Shown here piece by piece: positions 20,960-30,613 of a stretch of DNA of 64,000 nt (positions are counted from its first letter, which is position 1; the number at the start of each line of letters is the position of its first letter). The stretch comes from an uncultured Nitrososphaerota archaeon (GTDB lineage: Archaea > Thermoproteota > Nitrososphaeria > Nitrososphaerales > CADDZS01), in the NCBI GenBank assembly GCA_963799845.1, contig CAWCYI010000006.1:1687266-1751265 (forward strand), written 5' to 3'. The position numbers were made by a program, and so were the translations under genes. A model generated the notes under the pieces. The model worked only from the letters and a program-made list of their open reading frames with translations. It had not been told where the DNA came from and searched no databases.

Positions 20960-21326
20960 CGAATTCGTTGGGATAAATCGAAACGAAATAGAGTCTGTCA
21001 AAGAAGCCCTTTCAAGAAATGACCTATCGACGGCCGCTTCCAGAATTTCTGATAAGGCGGTTAACTCGTTCAAACTGTGGGGAACTCCCGACGATATTGT
21101 AGAAAAGACACTCAAGATGTTGGACAGCGGTCGAGGAGCGGAAAGGATAAACTTTGGGTTTGGGCGCGGCAAAGATGACATCGAGAGCATCGAACTCTTG
21201 GGGCAGAAAGTAATGCCTTACTTGCGGGACAAATCTGGAAAGAGGTAAGTCAGTCTCTTCACTTTCTCGGCGATTGCCTCGGCAAAGCCTATCTACTGCA
21301 ATTGAAACCGCTCAATTTGGTTTTAC

Positions 21327-22112
21327 ATGGCAATTATAGCGGTCTCGGATCAACATCTGGGAATAGAAACTGCCGACAAAGCCGCATTCAATCGCTTCCT
21401 CGACCAGCTTCAATCTGATGCGAGCCTGACGGATCTTGTCCTGCTTGGAGATGTCGTGGACATGTGGAGGAGAGATGCCTCGGGAGTATTCCTCGAAAAT
21501 AAAGACGTTCTCGATCGAGTCATTGTCCTGCAGAAGAAAATCCGCGTCCACTACATAGCGGGAAATCATGATTTCCACGTCCTCAAGCTGCAGGGTCACG
21601 GCTATCCATTCACCTTTGTGAGGAACCTCACTCTGCAACAGGACGGCGTAAATTACAGGTTCAACCACGGGTGGGAGTACGACGAGATGCAAAGAGAGCA
21701 CTTCATGGAATCTCTTTGCCATGCGATGTCTGACCAAAAGGGAGAACGCGACAACAACCTCTGGGCGAGCCTGGGCCGTGACAAGAGTGACCTGTCATAC
21801 TTCTTTTCTGTACTTATGAGGAAGGATAGTCTGCGACACCAGGCAGAGCAGATGCAGTTAGATCCCTCCGTGAGATTGAAAGAGACCCTGAAAGGCGTCG
21901 AAAAAAAGGCCTGCTCAACAGTTCAGCCCGGGGAAGTTCTGGTCTTTGGGCACACTCACCGACCGTTCGTGAACAATGCAGAAAATACAGCAAACACGGG
22001 TTCATGGATCACGACTGCACCTACTCACAATACCTATGTGCGTCTGGAAGGTGGCAAACCCAAGTTATTCGTCTTCGAAGGACAGGAAATTACAGAAAGG
22101 GCCGAGATTTGA
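21327..22112 (+). CDS. Calcineurin-like metallophosphoesterase
   Basis: SDQHLG, LLGDVVD, AGNHD, FNHG, FGHTH. Confidence 0.9.
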   Translation: MAIIAVSDQHLGIETADKAAFNRFLDQLQSDASLTDLVLLGDVVDMWRRDASGVFLENKDVLDRVIVLQKKIRVHYIAGNHDFHVLKLQGHGYPFTFVRNLTLQQDGVNYRFNHGWEYDEMQREHFMESLCHAMSDQKGERDNNLWASLGRDKSDLSYFFSVLMRKDSLRHQAEQMQLDPSVRLKETLKGVEKKACSTVQPGEVLVFGHTHRPFVNNAENTANTGSWITTAPTHNTYVRLEGGKPKLFVFEGQEITERAEI

Positions 22113-22142
22113 ACGAACGTAATTAGCGCTTTTCTTGCGCAT

Positions 22143-23057
22143 TCAAATTGTTCGGATGAAGACCAACGACAGGAAAAACGCCAAACCCGCGCTGGAGGCA
22201 GTCACGAGCGCCCACCCCACGAAAAGAATTCCAATCTCTCTATTGTTAGTTACAGACGGCCTCTGGGAGATCCCGGCGCCGAACATTCCTCCAATGACGA
22301 CTTGAGTGAGAGAGACAGGAACTGAGAAGGCGGTCAAGACTCCCGTAACGATCGCGGAGGCGAGCATTGCTGCCAGAGTCTTCATCTGACCGAGGCCGAC
22401 GATTCTGTCACCGACCACTTTGGCAATCATCTTCCCAAACAAGACCATGCCGAGAGCCGCCGCGCCGAAAATGGCAATTCCAAAAATATCTGGAGCAAGT
22501 GGGATGCTCGTTCCGATCGATGCAAATGAATCGATCAGTCCCAGGTTGTTGGCTCCCAATGTGAAAGAAACAAAGAATACTACCAAGAGCAGAATAATAC
22601 GGTTGCCTCTCATTATGCTGATCAAAGATCGTGACTTTTCTGCTCTCATTACAAGCTCGTAGATGATGAAGCTAGTTAGAGCACAAACAAACGGGACAGC
22701 GATCCAGGACCCGAAAATCTCCAAAAGGAAAGCAACTTTGATTTGTGTGTTACTGGCGAGAGCCGCCCCAAGGAATGCCCCCACGGTGCAGTTTGAAAGG
22801 CTCACGGGCAGTCGGAGTAGAGTGAGAATGAATAGCATCAAAACTGACACGAATACTGCGGTGAAAATTGAAGATGCCGGGAGGCTGTTTGACACGAGCT
22901 TCCCCAGGATCGAGCCGGCCATGATTTTTCCACCGATAGCAAAGCCCGCGAATACTCCGGCCAGCGTTAGAAAAAGAGCGAGATTGTAGTTTATGAGATT
23001 TGATAGATTACCGGTCGTAAGCCCCGAATTATTCCAGCCAAAGACAAAAGCGAACAA
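22143..23057 (-). CDS. PiT-family inorganic phosphate transporter
   Basis: GWNNSG and GANNLG repeats, PVSLS/PVSLTQ, multiple TM helices; next to DUF47. Confidence 0.85.
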   Translation of the reverse strand: MFAFVFGWNNSGLTTGNLSNLINYNLALFLTLAGVFAGFAIGGKIMAGSILGKLVSNSLPASSIFTAVFVSVLMLFILTLLRLPVSLSNCTVGAFLGAALASNTQIKVAFLLEIFGSWIAVPFVCALTSFIIYELVMRAEKSRSLISIMRGNRIILLLVVFFVSFTLGANNLGLIDSFASIGTSIPLAPDIFGIAIFGAAALGMVLFGKMIAKVVGDRIVGLGQMKTLAAMLASAIVTGVLTAFSVPVSLTQVVIGGMFGAGISQRPSVTNNREIGILFVGWALVTASSAGLAFFLSLVFIRTI

Positions 23058-23093
23058 GAGTAGCAGGAGAAGAAAGAGAAACGTCGGTGCCAG

Positions 23094-23771
23094 TTAGGAA
23101 TACCCCTTGGCGACCAGGATCGAAAGGACGTCTGATCCGTTTTCTGAATTATCGGCGATATCGTCTGCAGTCTCAAGAAAATCCCTCAACATCACGATGT
23201 CAAGGGATTTAGCGTTGATCTCGTTCTTGAATAAATGTTGAATGATGGCATACTTCATCGTGTCTGCCTCCCTTTCTTTTGCCTCTACTTTTTCCGCTAT
23301 GGTCAAGACCTCGTCCTTGGTTCGTTCGAGAGCTTCGATCCCTTCCCCCAGCAGCTCGGCGTCAGAAATGCAGGTTGAGATGAATAATTCTACGTCGTCT
23401 TTGAACAGGTAGTCAATAACATCCTGTGGAACTTGTCGCTCGTGGAATACCCTTGCCGCTCGCTTGGAAGTATCTGAAATATTGCTGATGAGCTCGAGCA
23501 AGGTGAGAAGGTCTTCCCTTATCCCACCAAAGAACGAACCGGTGCATAGCTCCCTTACCAAGTTCCGATGATCCTGAGCCACCTGCTCATCGTGATCAGC
23601 AATCGTGGCGTACTCGCGTTCAACAGCATCGTAGTCGTATTTCTTGAGATACCCCACAAGCGGGAGAAGGTGCTTGCTCGTTTCCATCGAACTATCAAGG
23701 AGGTTGAGGACGCGCGCGAGAATCTGCCGCTCTCCGTTGCCAAGAAAGCTAAAGAAATTCCGAAGAGACAC
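23094..23771 (-). CDS. DUF47 / PhoU-like phosphate transport accessory protein
   Basis: REDLLTLLE, EREAD, DDIADNSENGSD; adjacent to PiT. Confidence 0.88.
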   Translation of the reverse strand: MSLRNFFSFLGNGERQILARVLNLLDSSMETSKHLLPLVGYLKKYDYDAVEREYATIADHDEQVAQDHRNLVRELCTGSFFGGIREDLLTLLELISNISDTSKRAARVFHERQVPQDVIDYLFKDDVELFISTCISDAELLGEGIEALERTKDEVLTIAEKVEAKEREADTMKYAIIQHLFKNEINAKSLDIVMLRDFLETADDIADNSENGSDVLSILVAKGYS

Positions 23772-23791
23772 CTAGACTACTCCCGAAGCGA

Positions 23792-23929
23792 CTAGCACGA
23801 CCTGGTGTCTCCTTCCTCTTCATCCTCTTCGAAATCGTCTTCTTCCGACTCTTCCTCTGACTTTTCTTCAGATTCTCCTTCGAATTCGTCTTCCGCCTCT
23901 CTTTCCTTCTTCTTGTCTGGCATAATCAT
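23792..23929 (-). CDS. 45-aa hyperacidic small protein
   Basis: Manual translation MIMPDKKKEREAEDEFEGESEEKSEEESEEDDFEEDEEEGDTRSC; ends 20 nt before the DUF47 gene. Confidence 0.6.
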   Translation of the reverse strand: MIMPDKKKEREAEDEFEGESEEKSEEESEEDDFEEDEEEGDTRSC

Positions 23930-24450
23930 CTGACGTTGAATTTACAAATTCCCCTGCATTAGAGGTTTTCAGAGTTCTCGAGTATGCAGTCAGAATATCT
24001 GCTACGTTCTGGATTCTGTGTGTGCACGGCGCTTTGAAAAGTATCCTGGAGACCTTCTTTGGATCTTTCGCATCATCCAGAATGTCGAAGGGGATCTCTT
24101 CGTCGATTATCGCGACTCCTCCAAGACCCGCTGTGCCTCGGAATCGCCGAGGATTTTCACACCATGCAGTAGGATTTTAGACTCGAGAGATTGGCATGCC
24201 TTGATGTTACCCTAGAGGTAACACCACGGATATTAGATCTCGCTAGCAGAGCACGGCTTAACAACAGCGTTGAAGAATGATAGAGATAAGCAAAATAGAT
24301 GTCAGCTGGAAATTTCAGATGAAGGAAGTTCCTGGCTTCGGGCTAGATTTCGTCAAGGATAACCTCTCCGAAGAAACCGAAAAACCCCTGAATGAACTCG
24401 TTGCGGAGACCGAGAATTCGACCATCTAACTTCGGCATAGATGTTACAAA

Positions 24451-25184
24451 ATGAAAACCGAGCAGATGACTCCAGTCGAAAAGAAAACGTCTGACTTCAA
24501 ACGAGCCGGATTATTGTTTACATTTGCCGGCTCTGCTTTTATTCTGCTGATCTTCCTGCTTGAGGCGCTCTATCCCGGATATAGCGTTCACTCGAACTCG
24601 ATAAGTGATCTTCTGGCGACGACTGCAAGGACCTCGATAATTGGTGAGCCGATAGGTTTCGCAATTTCTGTCTCGTGGATAGTCGGAGGATTCTACCTCC
24701 TCAGAGGAACAGAAAGAAGGGATTATTGGTTTTGAACCTGCTACCGGGAACAGGTTTCCTTCTGGCGGTACTTTCTCCCGAAAACGTCAATGTCGCGATA
24801 CATTCGGTGGGTGCCGTACTGGCTTTCTTTCCCGGGGCGATCGTGATGCTCCTCGCATTCAGGACGATTCAAACTCAGTTTAGATATTTCTCGCTGTTCT
24901 TCGGGCTGGTCAGTTTCGTTGGGATAATTTTCGAGTTCGGGGGGTATTATTCGCCTCTGGTCCAGCAGACTCTACGTCCCGGAGGATGGGAAAGAGTCAT
25001 TGTATACCCGATTTTGATCTGGCTGGTCGGATACAGGAATTATCTGCTCACAATGAGTACAGGCGCGCGGTTGCAGAGCTCCCCTAGGGGGCCCTCACTC
25101 CATAATAGCTTCAAACGAGCTCTTCGGCCAAAAAGTATACCCGTGTGTGAAACGCAGAGAGAATTCAGTACTAAAGATGTATAG
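24451..25184 (+). CDS. DUF998-family membrane protein, frameshifted near 24715
   Basis: YPGYSVHSNSISDL, IHSVGA, GGWERVIVYP. 3' end uncertain. Confidence 0.75.
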
Positions 25185-25569
25185 TTCTCGAGCAAAGATC
25201 TGGTAAATCGGCTAAAATTTCTAGAACATCTTCGAAAACTCGAAATCCCAGTACGAAATGATCAACTCGACGATTGTCGAGTATACTCATATCGCAGCTT
25301 TCTTTGTGCCTCCGTTCAATTCGTTCTGAGCTTGAGCTCCGTTCAGCTCGTTTCAAGCTCTTCTGAGCTAACAGAGCTTGAACGTCAGCTCTTCAGTCAA
25401 AAGGTACGAGCGGTTGCGAAACGGCAGAATTTTTTTCTTTAAGAATCAATGGGAACTCGTATATGAAGCATCATGGGGATATAGTAGCGAAGTCGATGAG
25501 CTCGTTGACGGAGTTGCATGAAACTTTGGAAACCCACACTAAACAAAATAATCCAAGCAAGAGACAAGT

Positions 25570-26025
25570 TTGAGTAATGCAATTTTGCAAGGGGAAGTAA
25601 CAAAATTGGTTTCCCTCCGAGATAAAATTCTGGCCGTAAAGGAAGGCAAAGCAGATGTGCCGATCATGAAGACGCTTGGCATTGACGTGGTTCAGTTTGG
25701 AGAGGGGAAGGCCGTGCTCACGATGAGCGTCGACAAGAGATTCCACAATCCAATGGGAACTCTTCACGGAGGCATCATGACCGACCTGGCCGACGCGAGC
25801 ATGGGAGTGGCGATGATGAGCGTCTTGGGAGACGAGGAGTCCTTTACGACCCTGGAGCTAAAGATGAATTTCCTGCGACCAGTTTACGAAGGAGAACTCA
25901 CCGCCGAAGCAAAAGTACTTCACAGAGGACGAACCGTAGCCCTGGTGGAATCGGTTTTGAAGAATAGTGAAGGAAAGGAGGTTGCCAGAGCTTCTGCTAC
26001 GCAGCTGGTTTTACATCCCAGATGA
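25570..26025 (+). CDS. PaaI-family thioesterase
   Basis: NPMGTLHGG, LADASMG, TTLELKMNFLRP. Confidence 0.92.
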   Translation: MSNAILQGEVTKLVSLRDKILAVKEGKADVPIMKTLGIDVVQFGEGKAVLTMSVDKRFHNPMGTLHGGIMTDLADASMGVAMMSVLGDEESFTTLELKMNFLRPVYEGELTAEAKVLHRGRTVALVESVLKNSEGKEVARASATQLVLHPR

Positions 26026-26145
26026 TAGGAAAGTTTGTCGGAAGAATTTGCATGGTGCTATTTCAGAAATTTTTCAGATTCGTGTTAAGACGCGACATTA
26101 TTTGGAGAAAAAAGATAAAACACTTTATCGCTTGTCCTGAGATAG

Positions 26146-26454
26146 TTGATCAATAAGGGTCGAATAATTGCGGATTATCTAGTTTCAGGAATAATTGTGG
26201 GCGGACTACTTACAATCGAGAGTCAACTGGGTTATCCACTATCCTTCAATCTTTTGGTGCTGGGAATCTACGACATCTTCATCATTATTCATGTATTGAC
26301 GGTTGCGGTACATCCCATCGGGCTAACACTATTTCTACCTCTAGCTTTCTCCGAGATCTGGATTGGCGGAGGGTTAGCATATCTCTTGTTCTTCCTTTCT
26401 CTGGCAGCCATTCTTGGAATCGCAGTTGAACTAGATCTCTTCGGGAGGCATTAG
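26146..26454 (+). CDS. Small hypothetical membrane protein
   Basis: 102-aa, almost wholly hydrophobic ORF. Confidence 0.5.
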   Translation: MINKGRIIADYLVSGIIVGGLLTIESQLGYPLSFNLLVLGIYDIFIIIHVLTVAVHPIGLTLFLPLAFSEIWIGGGLAYLLFFLSLAAILGIAVELDLFGRH

Positions 26455-26792
26455 AACACGAGAAGATCTCTGCTTGCAATGTTCATGTAATTACTCGAAA
26501 CGAAGATAGATGGCATATGCTGGAACGAAATTCTCGTTCTGGTTCAACTTTGATTCTAACGGAAATATCGTCTCTGTGGAGGTTACAATCACTTATCATA
26601 CCAGCTCCATCGACCCATCGAATCGACTCGAATTGTGATTTATTCTTTTTCGTGCTTGTTTTTGCTTGAAGGTAGAAAGGCCAAAATTCCTGCGATTGAT
26701 GTTTTCTTGAGTCGAAAGTATTTTGCTAGCGATCTTAGAACATGAGATTCACACGCAAGTCTCACGGGACATTATATTCTAGGTTGTTGCAT

Positions 26793-27245
26793 CTATTGCG
26801 TTAGATTTCCCACCAGAGCATTGTTGAGCGAAATGATATCTTTAGGTTTCAATTCCAGGATCCTGTCTGTAGTTCCTCCCCCGCAGAAAATTGTTTCATG
26901 TTTCAAGAGAGATTCGTCCATGACAACGGTTAGCGACAACCTGTGACCTACTGAAGGCGTACCGCCAGGTGGATAACCACTGATACTTTCTGCCTCTCCA
27001 AAGGGAATCAAAGAAACGTTCTTTGTCCCGAGTATGCGTGAAGCTTTCTTTAGGTCAACTCTCTTGTTGCCGGGTACGATCAGCAACACGAACTTCCCCT
27101 CGCTAGTCGCACCAACAAGATTTTTCGTAAGTTGGTTCAGATCAACTCCCGTAACCTTCGAAGCATCCGAAGTGTGGATGGTTTCTGGCTTTGCGATAAA
27201 TCTGTGCCATATTTTCTTTGACTCTAGGAATTCCTCAAGTGTCAA
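26793..27245 (-). CDS. YbaK/EbsC-family aminoacyl-tRNA deacylase
   Basis: LTKNLV, GYPPGGTPSVG, CGGG. Confidence 0.88.
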   Translation of the reverse strand: MTLEEFLESKKIWHRFIAKPETIHTSDASKVTGVDLNQLTKNLVGATSEGKFVLLIVPGNKRVDLKKASRILGTKNVSLIPFGEAESISGYPPGGTPSVGHRLSLTVVMDESLLKHETIFCGGGTTDRILELKPKDIISLNNALVGNLTQ

Positions 27246-27429
27246 ACAAATCGACTACTCATCACAGGAATCTCTGGGAAATAAGAAATGTCCTTCAAGC
27301 CTAGACAGAGGACAAATTCCTCCTTTAGGTGGTAACGAATTGAACCCAACTAGACTCAAATCTATCCTGTTCTAATGTGATTATGAGTATTCGTCATGCT
27401 GATTCACGGGAAAATAGGGAGAGGTCTCA

Positions 27430-28242
27430 TTAGCTTGGGTAATCTTGTTTATCTTTAACTGGATCGGAATCTCTCAGACTTGCCAAAGTTTCTTTTATTG
27501 GTTTGAATGCTCTAACTAGATTTGTCACAACCGAGGGTGACATCATAGAAGGCTTCCACGCTTTTTCTGTTAGTAAGTCGCTGATGGTGAAAACAGCGGC
27601 TGTCGCAACTCCCTTGACTTGTCCGACAGCGAATACGGCGGCTGCTTCCATTTCAACTGTCAAGACGCCTTCTGATCTATATTTGACTAGTTCTTTCACA
27701 GTCTCGCGATAAGGCGCATCAATCGTCCAGCTTGATCCTATGTACAATTTCTTAAACTCCAGTGATAATGATTTGTACAAAGTATCTGTGAGACCTTTGG
27801 ATGCAAACGCAAATTTCGAATTCTTAAGATAGTGGTGAGAGGTTCCTTCATCTCGAATGCTTTTGCTGCAAACAACAATATCTCCCGGCCTTAATTTGTC
27901 GCTTATCGCTCCAGCCATTCCAAGGACCACAAACCGTTTGGCTCCCCACGCCATCAATTCTTCCATGTGCATGATCGTTGTTGGCGCTCCCACTCCGAAT
28001 CCTGCGAGGATTCCGACTTTGTTGTTGGTCCCGCCGACTGAATAAAGTTGAGTACCCGAATGACCAAAAATGCCTTCGACTTCGATGATATCGTGGATGT
28101 TCCTGATCTGATCAAGCAGCCGCTTCGAATAGCATAGTATGATACTCTCAGGCTTAGCTGCGGGAGCTATGCCAATTTTCTTAGCATATTTTAGGTAGTC
28201 CTCATGCGAGATAATTGGACTCTCGGCGTGTTTCCCCTTCAT
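27430..28242 (-). CDS. Nucleoside phosphorylase (PNP/UDP family)
   Basis: GVGAP, RDEGTSHHY, WTIDAPYRET, VEMEAAA, ISD. Confidence 0.92.
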   Translation of the reverse strand: MKGKHAESPIISHEDYLKYAKKIGIAPAAKPESIILCYSKRLLDQIRNIHDIIEVEGIFGHSGTQLYSVGGTNNKVGILAGFGVGAPTTIMHMEELMAWGAKRFVVLGMAGAISDKLRPGDIVVCSKSIRDEGTSHHYLKNSKFAFASKGLTDTLYKSLSLEFKKLYIGSSWTIDAPYRETVKELVKYRSEGVLTVEMEAAAVFAVGQVKGVATAAVFTISDLLTEKAWKPSMMSPSVVTNLVRAFKPIKETLASLRDSDPVKDKQDYPS

Positions 28243-28521
28243 CTTAGGATAGGATAATCGACGCCACCGACAGGAATCACGATTACAAGCCGAAAAAAAG
28301 TAATCTGCTTGAGCACTGCGCAGGTTTTCAATACCAAAAGCAGGAATTGAGAAAGACTCAAACTTCTTAGTTAAGTAAAATTTTCAATTTCATTGCAAAT
28401 AAATCTCGAACTACTTGAATAGAATTTGGGATTTAGTGATTGACAGTTCTCCTGTCAGAACTTGAAGAGCGCTTATTCTAATAAATACGACTGATTACAA
28501 TGCCTAAAAGGTGGTTGAACT

Positions 28522-29469
28522 GTGAACGTTCTGATAACCGGTGGAACTGGTTTTATCGGATCTCACGTCGCTCGTGAATTTGTTCTCTCTGGGCACAACG
28601 TTACGCTTTTTGATCTTCAGCCCGAAACAGTATTGGTAAACGATCTTCTGGAGCGAGTGGGAATCGTCAGAGGGGACATCCGAAACCTGAACGAGATTAT
28701 CCTGTCGTGTAAGGAGTACGAGATTGATAGCATAATTCACCTTGCATACTTGTTTACCAGGCCCTCGCAACAAAATCCTATGCTAGCGACCAATGTGAAT
28801 ATCCTGGGAACATTGAATGTTTTCGAATCTTTGAGATTACTTGATCTAAAGCGAGTTGTTTGGGCTAGTTCCAACTCAGTCTACGGTCGTAGTTTGAGAT
28901 ACAATGCGTCCAAGGCCCTTATCGAGAATGATCCAGTTAGTCCGTCTACCGTTTACGGTGCTTGCAAGGCATACAACGAATTCATTGCTGACTCGTATTG
29001 TCGAGAGTTTGGCTTAAGCATCGTGGGGCTGAGAATCTGTGCAGTTCCGTATGGTCTAGGAATGTCGAGAAGAAAGGATAGCGCGGTAAGCTTCCTTTTC
29101 GATTTATTCGACCATGGAATCAGGGGAGAGCCATGTTTAATCTCAGCTGCAGATTTGGTCATGCAATGGCAGTATGTCAAAGACCTTGCTGGACTTTTCA
29201 AAAAGGCTTGTACCCAAAACATAGTTCACCACACTCTATTCAACACAGGTGGTGAATTTGCCTCGTTGAGGCAAGTCGCCGCTATTGTGCAGGAAACTAC
29301 CGGGGCCCAGATTCGATATTCTAGTGAAATACCGGAGTTCGCGGACGAGGTTTTTAACATCGATTATTCTTTGATCAAAGAGGAGTTTGGGTATATTCCT
29401 ACTTACGACATCAAGCAAGGTGTGAAAGATTTTGTCAATATGACCTTGCAATGGGGGAGACAATCTTGA
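28522..29469 (+). CDS. NAD-dependent epimerase/dehydratase (extended SDR)
   Basis: TGGTGFIG, ASSNSVYG, YGACK. Confidence 0.92.
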   Translation: MNVLITGGTGFIGSHVAREFVLSGHNVTLFDLQPETVLVNDLLERVGIVRGDIRNLNEIILSCKEYEIDSIIHLAYLFTRPSQQNPMLATNVNILGTLNVFESLRLLDLKRVVWASSNSVYGRSLRYNASKALIENDPVSPSTVYGACKAYNEFIADSYCREFGLSIVGLRICAVPYGLGMSRRKDSAVSFLFDLFDHGIRGEPCLISAADLVMQWQYVKDLAGLFKKACTQNIVHHTLFNTGGEFASLRQVAAIVQETTGAQIRYSSEIPEFADEVFNIDYSLIKEEFGYIPTYDIKQGVKDFVNMTLQWGRQS

Positions 29470-29506
29470 TTTTTCTTCATCGAACATTAAATGTGGTTAG
29501 GGCAGA

Positions 29507-30562
29507 ATGAAAGACGTTGCAACTGTTACGGGAGCCGTACCAGCAAACGAGCTTGGAATCACCCTCCCACACGAACACATTGTCATCAATCTGAATGAAG
29601 CAAAATATACTCTTGGTAAGAAAAAGCAAGGTGACCTTAAAATATCGATGGAGAACATGTGGAGACTACACCGAGATCCAAATGCCTCCATGGATAACTT
29701 GAAGATCGACGAATTAAAGACCAGTGTGAATGAGCTTCGAGAGTTCCGTCAAATGGGTGGCGGGACTGTTGTTGATCTAACTCCCTCAGAACTCGGGAGA
29801 GATCTTCTCAAGATTAAACGAATTTCCCTCTTAACGAAAGTTAGAATTATTGTTTCAACAGGATGGTACGTCCGAAGCACTCACCCCAACATAGTTAGAA
29901 AAATGCCATTAAGATGGCTCAAAGAAAAAATGGTAAAGGAGATAGAAGAAGGCATAGAGGATTCTGGGATAAAGGCGGGTGTAATAGGCGAAATTGGATG
30001 TAGTGAACCAGTTCCATTTCACAAAGACGAGGAGAAAGTTCTCACAGCTGCAGCGATGGCTCAGTCAGCCTCAGGAGTTCCTCTGACGGTTCACCCAGTC
30101 TTGTACGAATCCCGAACTGGAAAGAGATCTCTTCCGGGATTTTCTTACCTCAAGATATTGGAGAATAACGGTGCAGCACTAGACAAATTCTATCTGAGTC
30201 ATTCCGACTTTACTTGCTCTAGTTTAGATTATCACAGAAAACTAATGGACAAAGGGATAATTCTATCTTACGATTGCTTTGGTAAGGAATTGTATTATGA
30301 AAGTTGGTTTCCGGGAGCCAGAGGTCGTACCGATTGGGAGAGAATACAATCTGTCGTCGAATTGTGTAATGAAGGTTACGATGGTCAAATCTTGCTTTCT
30401 CAAGATATTTGTTTCAAAATTGGGTTGAAAAAATACGGCGGGTTTGGTTATTCGCACATTCTTCGTGACATCGTACCCGAATTGATTAGGCAGGGCGTAA
30501 AGAAAAAGCAGGTTCGCAAAATGCTCGTGGAAAACCCAGAGCGCCTTTTCGGACGCTCTTAG
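29507..30562 (+). CDS. Phosphotriesterase-related (PTER-like) amidohydrolase
   Basis: LGITLPHEH, GVIGEIG, LTVHP, LSHSD, LSQDI, YGGFGYSHI. Confidence 0.9.
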   Translation: MKDVATVTGAVPANELGITLPHEHIVINLNEAKYTLGKKKQGDLKISMENMWRLHRDPNASMDNLKIDELKTSVNELREFRQMGGGTVVDLTPSELGRDLLKIKRISLLTKVRIIVSTGWYVRSTHPNIVRKMPLRWLKEKMVKEIEEGIEDSGIKAGVIGEIGCSEPVPFHKDEEKVLTAAAMAQSASGVPLTVHPVLYESRTGKRSLPGFSYLKILENNGAALDKFYLSHSDFTCSSLDYHRKLMDKGIILSYDCFGKELYYESWFPGARGRTDWERIQSVVELCNEGYDGQILLSQDICFKIGLKKYGGFGYSHILRDIVPELIRQGVKKKQVRKMLVENPERLFGRS

Positions 30563-30613
30563 CTTTAACGAGGTATTCAGATGCTCTACTTCGTTAATTC
30601 TAATGGAACGATG

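Larger units (their letters stand above)
18510..21248 (+). pseudogene. LLM-class (Mer-like) oxidoreductase interrupted by IS1182
   Basis: DDLLFKPAW, GPGVVNPY, IWIGSWGPK. Removing the IS restores ...EPMT-EFVGINRNE...LWGTPDDIVE in frame. Confidence 0.85.
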
